Of a stretch of DNA of 64,000 nucleotides, positions 10,655 through 21,899 are shown piece by piece. Where the stretch lies: positions 156,426,001 through 156,490,000 of the forward strand of contig OZ038378.1 of the NCBI GenBank assembly GCA_964036045.1, read 5' to 3'. How positions within the stretch are numbered: position 1 is the first letter of the stretch; every line of letters begins with the position of its first letter. Position numbers and translations under genes: made by a program. The notes below the pieces were generated by a model that was given only the letters and a program-made list of their open reading frames with translations, had not been told where the DNA came from and searched no databases. The stretch is from Eutreptiella sp. 'Long Island Sound 2002'. Its lineage: Eukaryota; Protista; Euglenida.

Positions 10655-13600
10655 TTAATTCTTTTTGGAGCCATTGAACCGGTACTTCCGTGCCTGAAAC
10701 CCAATATTGGCCTTCTTGGAAGCAGACGACTGAGAATCGGTTCCCGCGGCTGCATACTCGTCAGGAGGTGATGCCTGGGCTTTTTTGTTGCCTTTGCCTT
10801 TTGACTGTGACCCGGAGGCTCTGTTCTCGTCTCCTTTGCGTGTGCGACCATCTTTTTTGCCAGGGCCCCGTGACTGCTTCGGTGTACCATACACGGCGTT
10901 CTCTGGCGTGGCACCCACCTCTTCCACTTCCTCCTCAGACTCCTGCTCTCCCACCGCCTTCTCGGGCACACAGCTGCAGTCCACAGAGCAACCGTCGGCA
11001 AAATTTTCAAACACTGCATTCCAGGGGATAGGGCTCAGCCCATCAGCGAAGCGTAAATTGCTGCATACGAGGGCACCAACGTCTGCAATAGATTCCTGCT
11101 CCGTGGGCAAACCCAAAAACACACTGATGGGTACCGGGATGCGCACTGCCATACTGCAGGCCAGCTATACTGAACTACTGATCACCAGGAACCACAGGGT
11201 ACTTGCTTCTGAGGGTACTGCACCCGCCGGGTGGTGCATGATAAACCCAACAACCTCTGTACACAGCTGGTTCACCATTGGACCACGAGAAAAGGCAAAG
11301 TAGCGAGTCACCTGTATAAGGGAACAGTGAGTCTGAGACCCCTACTGGTGCAGCTGGACTGGCCGATGTTGTCTGGTTCCAGACAATTTCCCACAATTTA
11401 CCCTTCTTAGGACGCATTCTGCCTCATATTGTCTGGTTCCAGACAAACTTTAGGATTCAACGGTGCACCCAGCGTGACTATGGTAGCAGGCAGCAGATCG
11501 CAACAGCAGACAGCAATACCTTCTTGGGTAGCGGATCTTTGGACACAATCAATAGCTCAGTGAATCCCATCGAGTACTGCTGTGTGAGAGATCCCAGAAG
11601 AAAGCAGGCCACTCAAATTGTTTTCAACCCCTCGTTGTCGTGCAACTTTCGGAGACCATCCAGCACTCCCACGACGTCACAAGCGGAGCCAACAATGAGA
11701 ACAAGCGTCCCAGACACCAAATTGCGGCTGACAACGGAATGAATGCCTTCCACATGTCCCTTTGGAACTTCAACAATGATCAGGCAATACGGCATGTTGG
11801 CCACTGTAGAATGTAGCGGCATACCAGATGCCATCCCAGTGATATGCATGACCCCATCTAGGGACTTGATGTCAGTCACCCCCGCCTCTGGGGCCTCAAA
11901 CCCAATGTCCTCGGTGATGAAGTTGACATCAGCAGCGATCTTGACCTCAGGGTTCACCGGGGGAAGTTTCAAGGCATTACGGAGGGGAGCATACGTGGGG
12001 TCACTCCAGATTGCAGCAGTGACCACATACTTCCAGGGGGGCCAGCAATTCTTCTCAGACCACTTCCAATTGTACGTCTTGAAGGTGACATGGGTCTTCG
12101 ACAAGAGACTCTGTTCACAGCGGGCCCGTTCTGCAAGCGTTTTGCGACCGGGGTCAACCAGGTCGTTGTCCGGGTGGCAGAGATGATGTTCCCACAGACG
12201 TGCAGCCTTCAGTTGCTTTGCCTTTTTTGTAATCATTTGCAGTGACACAATGCTGGAGCCCATGTACTGCGTAACCTCCTCGAGGTCTGGTGGGATGAGG
12301 CCTTCGATACATTTCCAAAAGTGCAACTTTACTGGCAGTCCACGCTTTTCCAATCCATGGACAGCAACCACAGCCTTATCCCCCATCACTTGCACCCAGG
12401 CGGCAATCGGAAACCAGTCTTTTCTTACAGTGTCCTGCAGAGCAGACAGGGGTGTTACCAGACACAACAGGAGGAATTCTGCTTTGAAAGGCCGCATCAG
12501 TGAAATGTTGTCCGGTTCCAGACATGGTGATCGAGGTATAGGCTTTGACAGGGATAAAAAAAGTTGTGTCTGGTTCCGGACACAAACAGGAGGAATTCTG
12601 CTTTGACAGGCCGCATCAGTGAAATGTTGTCTGGTTCCAGACATGGAGGTCGAGGTACAGGCTTTGACGGGGATAAAAAAAAAGTTGTGTCTGGTTCCAG
12701 ACACACACAGGAGGAATTATGCTTTGACAGGCCGCATCAGTGTGTTGTTGTCTGGTTCCAGACATGGAGGTCCTGGCACAGGCTTTGGCAATGATAAAAA
12801 TATATCCAGTGTGTGGTTCCAGACAACTGTGACAGCCTTCGTTGTCGCATGGGACAAATGTCCTAGCCAGGGACGCATGTGCACATAGTTCCTGTACTGC
12901 CACCCTGTGCAACACCAGGCATACCAGTGTCCCCTCCTTCAGTGTATAGCCACCCTTCACGTACAGCACTCCCAGGTGTTCTCGTATGGATTTCTCCTCC
13001 AGTTCATCGCGGTCCAGCTCAACACGCATGAGTTCCATCCGTGTAGACAGCTTCGGCAGGGTCGTGGCAGACTGCACAGCGTGTGATGCGACGGATGGTC
13101 ACAGCAGTTACCCCCCCCCCCCCCGACGAAGCGGCCGGTCACGCAGGAGAACGGGCAGGTCGAGATGGACGTCACATGCGCAGGATATTTCACTGGTGTG
13201 GGCATGCAGTGTCGCAGTGCACTGTCACAGTCGATATACCTGTGACGTGCCAGCGATTGACTCCCGTATGTGCAGAGAGACATCCGTACGAACCGCTTGA
13301 GCAAGAAATTGCACTGACCATGTTGGCGGTTCCAGATGGGCATTCATGTACTCCCGTGAGATTCGTCAACAGGCCTCGGCGATATGCTGCCCCGACAAGA
13401 TCCACTACTGCCCCACTGCGTCACGCCACACTATGATTCGGATTATTGCTGCATCTGGTGGATTCCTGCGTAGTTCTGTCATCTTGTCATGGACAAGATC
13501 TTCATCTAGCACTCTGATTTGGCCATGCTCCCTTTTTTTGTCCCATTGCAGTCTGCTGAGGGGCAGCAGGACCTCCTGGTCTTCAGTATGGGCACCAAGT

Positions 13601-13660
13601 CTCACTGGAGCATCTTTCCCCTTTGCTGTGTCACCACGTTTCCTACTACTATGCACTGTT
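10655..13660 (-). pseudogene. Spliced cargo gene: ParB/Srx-like N-terminal domain and weakly MTase-like C-terminal region; 4 premature stops
   Basis: Exons 13660-13240, 13071-12925, 12434-11520 and 11311-10655 join in frame through three GT-AG introns. The ParB-like segment is LPLSRLQWDK..GQIRVLDEDLV...IIVWRDAVGQ*WILSGQHIAEA. Confidence 0.7.
12449..12826. repeat. ~120-bp higher-order minisatellite (2 x ~60 bp), 3 copies, inside a predicted intron
   Basis: The unit CAGGAGGAATTCTGCTTTGACAGGCCGCATCAGTG...GGCTTTGAC.GGGATAAAAAAAG repeats near 12468, 12587 and 12708. Confidence 0.9.
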
Positions 13661-14077
13661 CTGGCAATTGGCAGGGCATAAACAGTCAGTGTCTGTTTCT
13701 AGACACATTTGCAGTCCAATTCCGAGTTAGCTGGCTACCCAATGTGGTTCTAGCATTTCCCAAAACAGAGCAGATGACGTTGCAGGCAATGGAGGGCACA
13801 ACACACAGTCTGTCTGGTTCCAGACACAACACCTTGACTTCAACAGATGACATGGGTGAAAAATCATTAATTATCTGGTACCAGACGGCTACGGTACTTC
13901 TGTGGGCAATAGAGGGGGTACAAACAGTTGGGGTGTGGTTCCAGACACACATGCAAGCAGTGTTTATAGTGCTGGCTTCCTCAGCCGGGTGTTCGGTTGG
14001 TTAGGGTCACATGCTGTGGTTTTCCGGTGAAATAGGGTTGTACAGCAATGCAACAGTGCACGTACGCGCGCATCTCA

Positions 14078-16333
14078 TCAGTCTAGCACTGCGTTGGTTG
14101 ACATTAGTGGTCCCTGCCGGAGTAACCCGATGCTGCTGTGGTGCCCAACTCCAGCCCTGTGTCTGGTGCCAGACACACACCTTTTACGTGCCCGGGCCAC
14201 TTCGGCGGGGTGTCTGCAGTCCATTGAGTCATGCTCCAGACTCACAACCTTACACTCCTCCATTTCTTGCAGTAGGACAACAGGTGGTGGTTCATCATCC
14301 TGTGCGTCCACGTCCACTATCAAATCCTCCACGGACCGGTGTGAATTTGAATCCGAGACAATTGCAGCTTCCGGGGCCTCATCGTCATCATCTGCTACCG
14401 CAATTGCTGTGTCCCGCACCCGCTGAGCCTGTGCATCTCGGCCTGCATGCTGGCGGGGGTCTCTGCCTGGAACAATGGTTCTCAACAACCGTGAGACCTC
14501 ATCGGTGGGCGAACGCGTTGCGCGTGTCAATGTGGAGAGTGATCTAGTCAACAGTCTCTGGTACAGTGCCACACCGCCGTTGTCCAGTGGTTGCCCTGGG
14601 AATTTCAAGTCCTCGGGGACAGCGGTGAATGCTGCCTTCTTTCCACTGTTCCATTCAACGTGGACCGTGCGGTTGGTTGTAATGGCCAACAGGAACCTGC
14701 TTAGCCGTGACGACATGATCGCAACCAGTCCACTGCGGATCTGCCCCCGCTTCTTCTTTTCCCCGCGCATTGGTGGTGCCATGCTCAAAAACAGGTCCAA
14801 GGTCTGGTCAACAGTCTTCATCTGGGGGTATGCGCGGCACCTAGATCCGAGACGACTCAACATGGCCTCCAGGGGCTCCTCAGCATAACAACAGCCCGGG
14901 ACGGCGTCATTCCAGGGTAACCACAACAGAAGGGCAGAACAAAGGGTGCGTACGTAGGGGACGTTACAGTCAGTGTCCATTGTCAAGGCTACAATCAATA
15001 CCAAACTCAACTCCAATACTTTGCGGGCCGTACGGCCTGTCCCTGCCGGTCGACCATCCCAGTTGCAGTCACGAACCAAAGTTCCAAGGAGGAACGCAGC
15101 CGGAATGTAGAGGGATCAATGGAATGTAGAAGTGCAGGAGGTTCTTCAGTCCAGTCAACCATACGAGTGGTAGCTTGCGGGATGCCTCTGGAACTTGCAT
15201 AATTGAAGTCTCCTTGTGTACAATGCGGTCCTCAACGTTGGGTGTGGCTAACAGTAGGGCACAAGATTGCTTCTCAATGTGCAACAGCTTCGGGTGGCAC
15301 AGGATATCTTCATCTACCGCAGGCATTTGCTGCCCAAGGTAGCCCAATATGGGGAAGAACTTACGGTGGAATGGTACACACATACTTATAAGGGTGCCAA
15401 CAGCCATACATCATTGGGAGAGTGACATAGTGCTCAGACAACTTAAAGGGGTTGAATGTGCGACTGTAGATGAACTTGGCGAGTCTGTAGCATATATTTT
15501 CATCCATCAGAAGGGGCATGACGTGGCGCGTGTGAACCTGAATGGCTAGGCATTGTTCCATGATGTGGAGCAAGTCCTCATTGGAGCTGGAGACCAGGGG
15601 GTACCATTGGAGTGAACGAATGCTGTCCCGGTGCACATCTAGTGGAACCCGTAGTGGATCTCGCCTCAAAGCGTCCACCGCTCGTGGGAACTCCCGGAAA
15701 TTGGCTGCTATGGTCTGTGCTGTTTAGGGGATGCGCTGGAGAAGATCATCAAGTGTAGGGAAACCCGGGTACATAGGAATCGCAGTTGTACGCAACACTG
15801 ACATGGCAGTGACGTTCAGACAGCAATCGAGTCGGACCGGGTCACTGCAGTACCGTCTGCAATACCAGTTGTCAAACTGCACCACCACCTGCTTCCCTGC
15901 CATTGATCTCCAGGTGGCGTTTGTTCTGGCATGTGCTTGTTGCCCCAAAGGCGGTAACCGGCCCGCGGCAAGACCTGCATGTGACAATCCCCGCATCGCC
16001 CTGGATGCACTTATCATTGAGCCAACAGCCTTTTCCTCTGGCAGAGCCATCTACCAACACATTTGCATCATTGTGTACACCTGGCGTGCAAACACTCCAT
16101 ACCACCTTGGCCACGGTGTTTGCCCATGAGCTTTGATCAACGTTGCCATATTGCGTCTGGTTCACCGGTTGACCCTCATATGTGCGCAGAACTACAAGCA
16201 GGGCTGCACCTGGTTCCTCATCGCGTAAAGCGGCATCCATAAGCTCCAGTGGTGTACCATACTTCCCTCCACGTAAGAACTCACGCAGGAGACCAAAGGG
16301 ATCTGTCGCAGCATTGGTCACCTGGCTCATCAA
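14078..16333 (-). pseudogene. DDE transposase with insertion domain, superfamily unassigned; stops and frameshifts
   Basis: VVVQFDNW (D1), SSNEDLL, MPLLMDEN (D2), YGCWHPYK (conserved His), CYAEEPLEAMLS (E); lies inside the TIR-bounded element. Confidence 0.7.
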
Positions 16334-17089
16334 CAGTGGAACAGAACCAGAGTAAACGAAACAGTGAACAACAACGAAACATACCTGCTCAGTGACCAGA
16401 CAATTGGTGGAGAGTGTCTGACACTAGACACTGTTCACTCAAATGAGGATCTTAATCACGGAATTTCAGCAAAATGTCTGGAACCAGACACATTCTCCAT
16501 GTTATGGGGGTGTACATAGGACGTATGACACTCGGGACAGACACCTGGTGATCCCCCCCCCTGAAAGGTTGAAAATTGTTTAGTTTGTCTGGAACCAGAC
16601 ACTGCGACCTCAAAAACTCGTTGTGACAGGGGTGGAATTTCAAAGAGTGTCTGGTTCTAGACACTTTTCGAAATTCCAAGAGAAAGGTACATAGGTGGAC
16701 AAAGATAACACAGCACAAAGTAAGACTTGTTCACTGAAGCTAAAAATTGACCATGCGCGGTCACCTGGGTTTGTGTGCGTGGATATGAGAACCAAAAAAA
16801 ACAGGCTGTCAAGCAGTCAAATTCAGGCACGCGTCTGAATGACTAAAAAACAAAGTATGAAATTTCCCACCCGCCAAAATGGCCCTTTTTGGGTGTTTTG
16901 GCCTGATTTACTGGGGTCGGCAACTTGGGCCGTCTAAGAATTGGGGAGCCGCACTGACAACTCGGGATACTCTACGAGGCTTGCGAGAGGGCCCCAAGAT
17001 CCGGGCGTGGGAAATTCATGTGGGGGGTCGGATGTCGTCATTGCTGTCGTCCCCGTCCATGGCGACGGGCGGTAATTTGTGATGGTACC

Positions 17090-17850
17090 CTAGACCAAGG
17101 GTAGCAAGTTCTCGGGCCGGATTTGGAAAGCCGCCATGGGACGTAACTCCACCCCTCGTTCTCCATAGGGCCACGGTAGGTCGACGGGGAAGAATACCTT
17201 CCATGAGAGCGGCGGTGATGAATAGTACCGAGCTTGCCGTTCACTCAGCCACCGGCCCCAGACAGTGATGACGGCAAAAGCTGCGCCTGCCCGGGCAAGC
17301 AGGGCGGCCGCAAAGCGTCGCCATGCATGCCATCCCGCATCATGGGCGGCCAATCCCCAAAGGAGGGCCCGCATCTGGGACTGCAATACGGTGGCACCCG
17401 CCGCGATGGGTAGGCAATCGGGCCTAACTGCGATGGATGGGGAGCGGGCCAATGCGGCCCGCCAGGCTTCTGCCCATGCCCCCATGAAGCATGGGTAGCC
17501 CAACCGGCCCCGCCCCCACTGTTTCATCTGCCGCCGTGGGGGCGGTCAATGGGGGCGGCATTGTTGACAACCTCCAGTTTCTTAGCTCTCGAGTGCTTGA
17601 TGCCAGAGCAGAACATCCAGTCATCTCCAATCAAGCCCTGGCCATTGGCAGATGGGCTCCCGGTACCGTGGATACATGGGCAGCCCTCTTGCGGGGGTTA
17701 TCCGTTACCGCCACCAAATACCCTGAGCGCAACAGCTGCCAAACCCTTCTCCGGCACCCTCGCCTCATGGCTCCACAGGGGAAGAAGTCCGTTCCCCTGC
17801 GTGGACTTGTCAGTGGAGTCCGCCTTTGTGAAAAGATTGGTCTCATCTCC
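17090..17850 (-). pseudogene. Tyrosine recombinase of a YR retrotransposon
   Basis: AGWHAWRRFAA...WGRWLSERQARYY gives the H-x-x-R, W and catalytic Y of the YR C-terminal box. Confidence 0.85.
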
Positions 17851-17859
17851 TCCACTGTC

Positions 17860-18950
17860 TGCCTAATCCAGTGTTACATTGTATGTATAACAACCCAATT
17901 GTATGGACGTTGTAACCCGGCAATTAGCACATGTGGAATGGTAAAAGGATATACACCGGCCTGTGGTAATGTCACAGCGCCGTATGAACGACACTTCGCC
18001 CACGTATAACAAGTGGCACACGGAGATGACGGCAAGGCCAACAGTGATGAAGTCGGATTCACTGGCAATTCTGGCTGCCATGTGCGCGAGCATAAGGGGG
18101 GTACCGTAGACTGGGGCATGGGCGGGATGGTCATATCTCCTGTTTGCATCGGCGGACATAGCCCCGGCCCCGGCGCTCCATTTTTGGCCGGGGAAGGAGA
18201 TTGGGAGCCTGATGGCCGAGATGCAGACTGTGTGGGCGCAGGGCACCCTTGCCAAGGCCCATGCATCAGGCCACATTTACTGCATGGACACGGGGGAGGG
18301 CCCGAAGCATCGTAGGTCCTGCCCATCGAGAAAGCAGTGTACAAGGTTTGGGCCCCAACATGCGTGAAGCCGCCTTCCCGCCCGGGTGCTGGTATGTTCA
18401 TGGGCACCTGTTATGAAAGTTGTGTTGGGCCCTACGTTGACTGATTTGCTTCGGCCGCTGGGTGCGGCGGTGTTTGGGACTGTTGAGGTCCGAACGTCGG
18501 TACACCGCGATTGCAGTCCCAATGTTATACATTCGGTTACGCCGGGTTACAACGTCCCAATGTCCATAAAGGCCGCAGCAAAAGCATGCTCCAGGCGGGC
18601 CACCACCACGTCGAAGGGGCTCCTTAGTCGGCGCTGGCATTTGCTGCCGGCCGGATGTCGGTGGGGCCGGAGCTTTGCACCGTGAAAGGTAGTTTAAACA
18701 CTCAGACGGTGTTATTGGGGGGGGGGGGGGTATAGGAGTACCGTGTTTGAGAATCCGCCGAGGTGTACCACGATGTACTACAAACCTGGACGCATATCTG
18801 GTTGGTTGTGATGTATGGATTTTCGGGGGCCAGGATGAAGACAATTATGTGTGGTCCGTTGAATGGTTTCGTTATGCTTCCGCAGCCTAGTAGGTTTCAC
18901 CCCCCGTGGTGTGCGGCAAATGTACCAAATGGGCTGTTGTTGCTGTAGGG
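17860..18950 (-). pseudogene. gag-like region of the same YR retroelement
   Basis: Decayed zinc knuckles CFCCGLYGHW and CSKCGLMHGPWQGC, upstream of the YR on the same strand. Confidence 0.6.
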
Positions 18951-19084
18951 GTGTCGTAAGGCTTAATAATTTGTGGGTGGAGGCCACGTGGCAAAGCTTT
19001 CTATAATTTTGTTTTGAAGAGGTGATCACCCCCGCCATGGGATAAATAGATGCAAATCGTGTGCATAGCTATAGAGGTGCCCAT

Positions 19085-19325
19085 GTTGTCAAATCACCTC
19101 GAAGAGAGGTTGTTAGATCAAGCGTAGGCGCGGGGATCATATAGCCCTGTTTTTTGGGGTCATTCGCGTAGCATACCCCAAGGCATGATATTGGATGTCA
19201 AACGCCTTGTAAAATCATTATTTTGCCCAAAAAGAAAATCCCCCAATGGATTTTTTGATTGTGAGGCCTCCATCCCTAGAAAATGGAAAATATCACTTTT
19301 TTGACGGGGCGGGGGGTGGGGGTGG
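19085..19325. repeat. ~230-bp dispersed non-coding repeat (inverted copy at 28285-28515)
   Basis: AAATCACCTCGAAGAGAGGTTGTTAGATCAAGCG...GCATACCCCAAGGCATGATATTGGATGTC is the reverse complement of the 28.3-28.5 kb sequence. Confidence 0.85.
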
Positions 19326-19439
19326 GGGATGGGGGGGTCAAAAGTTTTCGCTCAGAAGGCTGCAAGCAGTGGGGAAGATCATCGCTGTCACACCAGACCC
19401 CGGTCGAATGGAAACGCAGCTGACGCCACGTTTTCGGTC

Positions 19440-20720
19440 GGCGGTTCGAATCCTGTCAGCCAACTATTGGCGGTGGTGCCGGCCCCATTTTCACCCGACC
19501 GGGGTAGGGACCGCCAACCATAAAGACTCTAATCATCTGCATTACCATTCGGCCACTGCCTTGTCTGAGGCGAAGTGTCTCCCCACTGCTTGGGGCCGCA
19601 AACTATGTGTTTCTGTCTAGCTGACTGCTAGCTTGGCTAAGGGACTGATGGGCCAACGACCTCAACACTGCTTGATGGTGGGGCAGGTGGCCAGTCGCGC
19701 GCATACGGAGAACGTGAGCAATGGTGGCCTCACTTTCGTTACACACCGTAACGGACCTGTGCCCTTTCCTAATGCAAACCTGATAGCCCACGCCAGGCCT
19801 CTCAGCTCCGTGGTCTGCTGGCTTGCAAAGCGGGCTTGGGGCGCCACATGCGTACGGACGCCCACACCCGGGATAAGTGCTCCCACCCGCCACCTCCCTG
19901 CATCACGCGCACCATGAACACAGACTATGACATCCCCGATCCACAGAGAGGAGGACGTAAGCCTGCCCTCCTTCCCAATCTGGAGGGCCTTCAACTGTCG
20001 CCACGCCTCCCCTCCTGGCGCCTGCCAGGGCTCGGCCGCCACCGCCGTCAACGTTGCGAGGCTGTCCAGCATTTTCAGGGGGAAACCCTGGGCAGGCTGC
20101 TTGACCCCTCCCACCGTCCTACCCCAGCGCAACCAGCAGTAGGCGCCCGCGGCGAAGGGACAACCGAATCCCCGCGGGCGCACGTGCCAGTTCAGTAGTC
20201 TCAGGAAGCTCTGAAGGTGCTGGTCATTTCCTCTCCCCACCGCCAGGCGCAGCCAGCCCACCCACAGCTGGAGCAGGGCTTGCTCATGGGTCCTGATTTG
20301 CCGGGCCGCCAAATCAACCTCCTTTCCCAAGAATGACGCCACAGGCACTGGGTCCAACACGCTCTTAGGAATGATGAGGAACCCGGCCTCGATCTGTGCG
20401 CGCACGGCCGAACGCCCCGCTTTCCTCGGCACCTCCCTATCAGTGAAGACGACCAAAAAGTCATCAAGATAGTGAACAAGGAGTATCTCAGGGGGCAGTA
20501 TCCCCCGCAGGATGCGGGCCAAACTCGTTTGGCACAAATACGACCTGTATTTCCAGCCGAACGGCAGACGCAACAGCGCCACAGGCGGGGCCCCGGGGGC
20601 GGGTCGGAAACGAAAAATCCGCCGTGCCTCCGGTGGCAAGCAAAAGCTCCAGAACGCGTTCTTGAGGTCTATGTGGACCACTTTAGGGCATTGAAGAAAG
20701 TAGAGCGGCCGCGCATTTTC
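19440..20720 (-). pseudogene. Second DIRS/VIPER-type RT + RNase H
   Basis: HIDLKNAFW, LPFGW, YLDDFL, FLGK; RNase H QQTTELRGL and a decayed DN motif. Confidence 0.9.
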
Positions 20721-21750
20721 GGAAGCGTCTAAGGTGTCGTTGGGCCCGTTTCATATAACTGGTCGCCCCGTGGTGTGCCCAAGCCTGCTGGGCCCTGTTG
20801 GAGGTAGGGTTGCAGTGCAACTCGTCTGCCACCTGTTGTTCGACCGCGTCTTGAAGTGGCTGTGGGCGGGGGTGTGCTTGTACAAAGCTCGGCGCTGCGG
20901 CAATGAAGGCGTCCGCCCTGTCCAGGGGGTGCACGGTGTGATCTTGGTGAGTCGGTTGCGCTTTGGACAATTGGGACATGTGGCGTGAAAACTTGCGGAA
21001 TAACGAGGAGGGCCAGTGCGACAAATTGCCATTGACGGGCGGCGGCGGTGGCGGCGGCCACGGTGCCAATGGGTTCATTGCTGTGACTCTGACCGCTTTG
21101 TGGTCACCCGCATGGGGAAAGGCGGCCGTGTCCGCAGAGATGGGGGGGGGGGTGAATGTGCCATGCCGTGAAAGAAAACACGACGGCGTCCAAGCGGCGA
21201 CCCCGGCAATGTGTGGAGAGATTTTGAGGGTCAGTTTTTGGCGCATGTGCCAAAATTTGGTCCAGCAAGGCTCCGGATTCGAGGAGCGGGTGCCGGTACG
21301 TGGTTTGTTGGAGAGGACGTCCCCACACGCAATCCTTGAAGTCTCCCATAAGGATGCCTAGGTCCGGCAATTGTGCAAGCTATTCGTGCAGCTTTTCACG
21401 TTGGTCCGGCGAAAATGGCCCTTGGATGTTGGCGATGGTGTACGGTGTGTGGCTAGGGAGAGCGAGTTTGATGGCACGGGCCTGGCTCCCCATGGAGGGC
21501 ATCTTGGAGACGCATCTGGATATGGAGGTGTGGACGAGGAATTGTGTGCCCGGGTTCTCGTCTCCATGGGTAACGGGGAGGTATTCACCATCCATAGCAG
21601 CTGTCCAAGCTGCATGCTGCGATCCACTACGGAATCGAAACTCCTGTAGGGCAATAACCGCGGGCTGTTCCGCGATAATCTCCGCCAGGAGGTGCCCCCA
21701 GCGTCGCCGTGAGAGGAAGGGTCCCCCGACATTGAGTGTTAGGAAGGATA
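20720..21750 (-). pseudogene. LINE-type AP endonuclease (EEP fold) plus linker
   Basis: FLTLNVGG, VIALQEF, IANIQGP, ILMGDF, RRLDAVVFS and AGDHKAV appear in canonical order, with one stop and one frameshift. Confidence 0.85.
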
Positions 21751-21899
21751 GGTCTTGCCGGGCGGGGCGGGGCGCTGGGCCCTGGAATGGGGTGGACGTC
21801 GTTGGACAAGCGTATCGGCCGTTGTGCCAGATCCCATAGGGTCAGGCCCGGCAATTGGGTGCGCGCGAGTGTTCGACGTAAGGGTGCAGTGTGCGGCTG

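Larger units (their letters stand above)
10315..16663. promoter_or_regulatory. About 20 copies of a 16-bp palindrome TGTCTGG(TT/AA)CCAGACA in ~60-bp-spaced clusters; putative protein-binding sites
   Basis: Starts at 10315, 10376; 11370, 11430; 12449, 12509, 12567, 12628, 12688, 12749, 12810; 13690, 13811, 13872, 13932; 14160; 16415, 16475, 16586, 16648. The motif is read directly; its function is inferred. Confidence 0.8.
9957..16938 (-). mobile_element. 6.98-kb cut-and-paste DNA transposon with TIRs, 5-bp TSD and a cargo gene
   Basis: Left end CTTAGACGGCCCAAGTTGCCCGACCCC (9957-9983); right end GGGGTCGGCAACTTGGGCCGTCTAAG (16913-16938); AATTG at 9952-9956 and 16939-16943. Confidence 0.9.

Noticed and set aside
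11370-12826. Palindromes as euglenid non-conventional intron ends (CAG...CTG pairing)
   Set aside because: Adjacent introns would overlap within each palindrome, and ordinary GT-AG splicing already restores the frame.
10315-16663. Palindrome/spacer arrays as a CRISPR array
   Set aside because: The repeats are only 16 bp, scattered in short clusters within introns of a eukaryotic transposon, with no cas-like ORF and some duplicated spacers.
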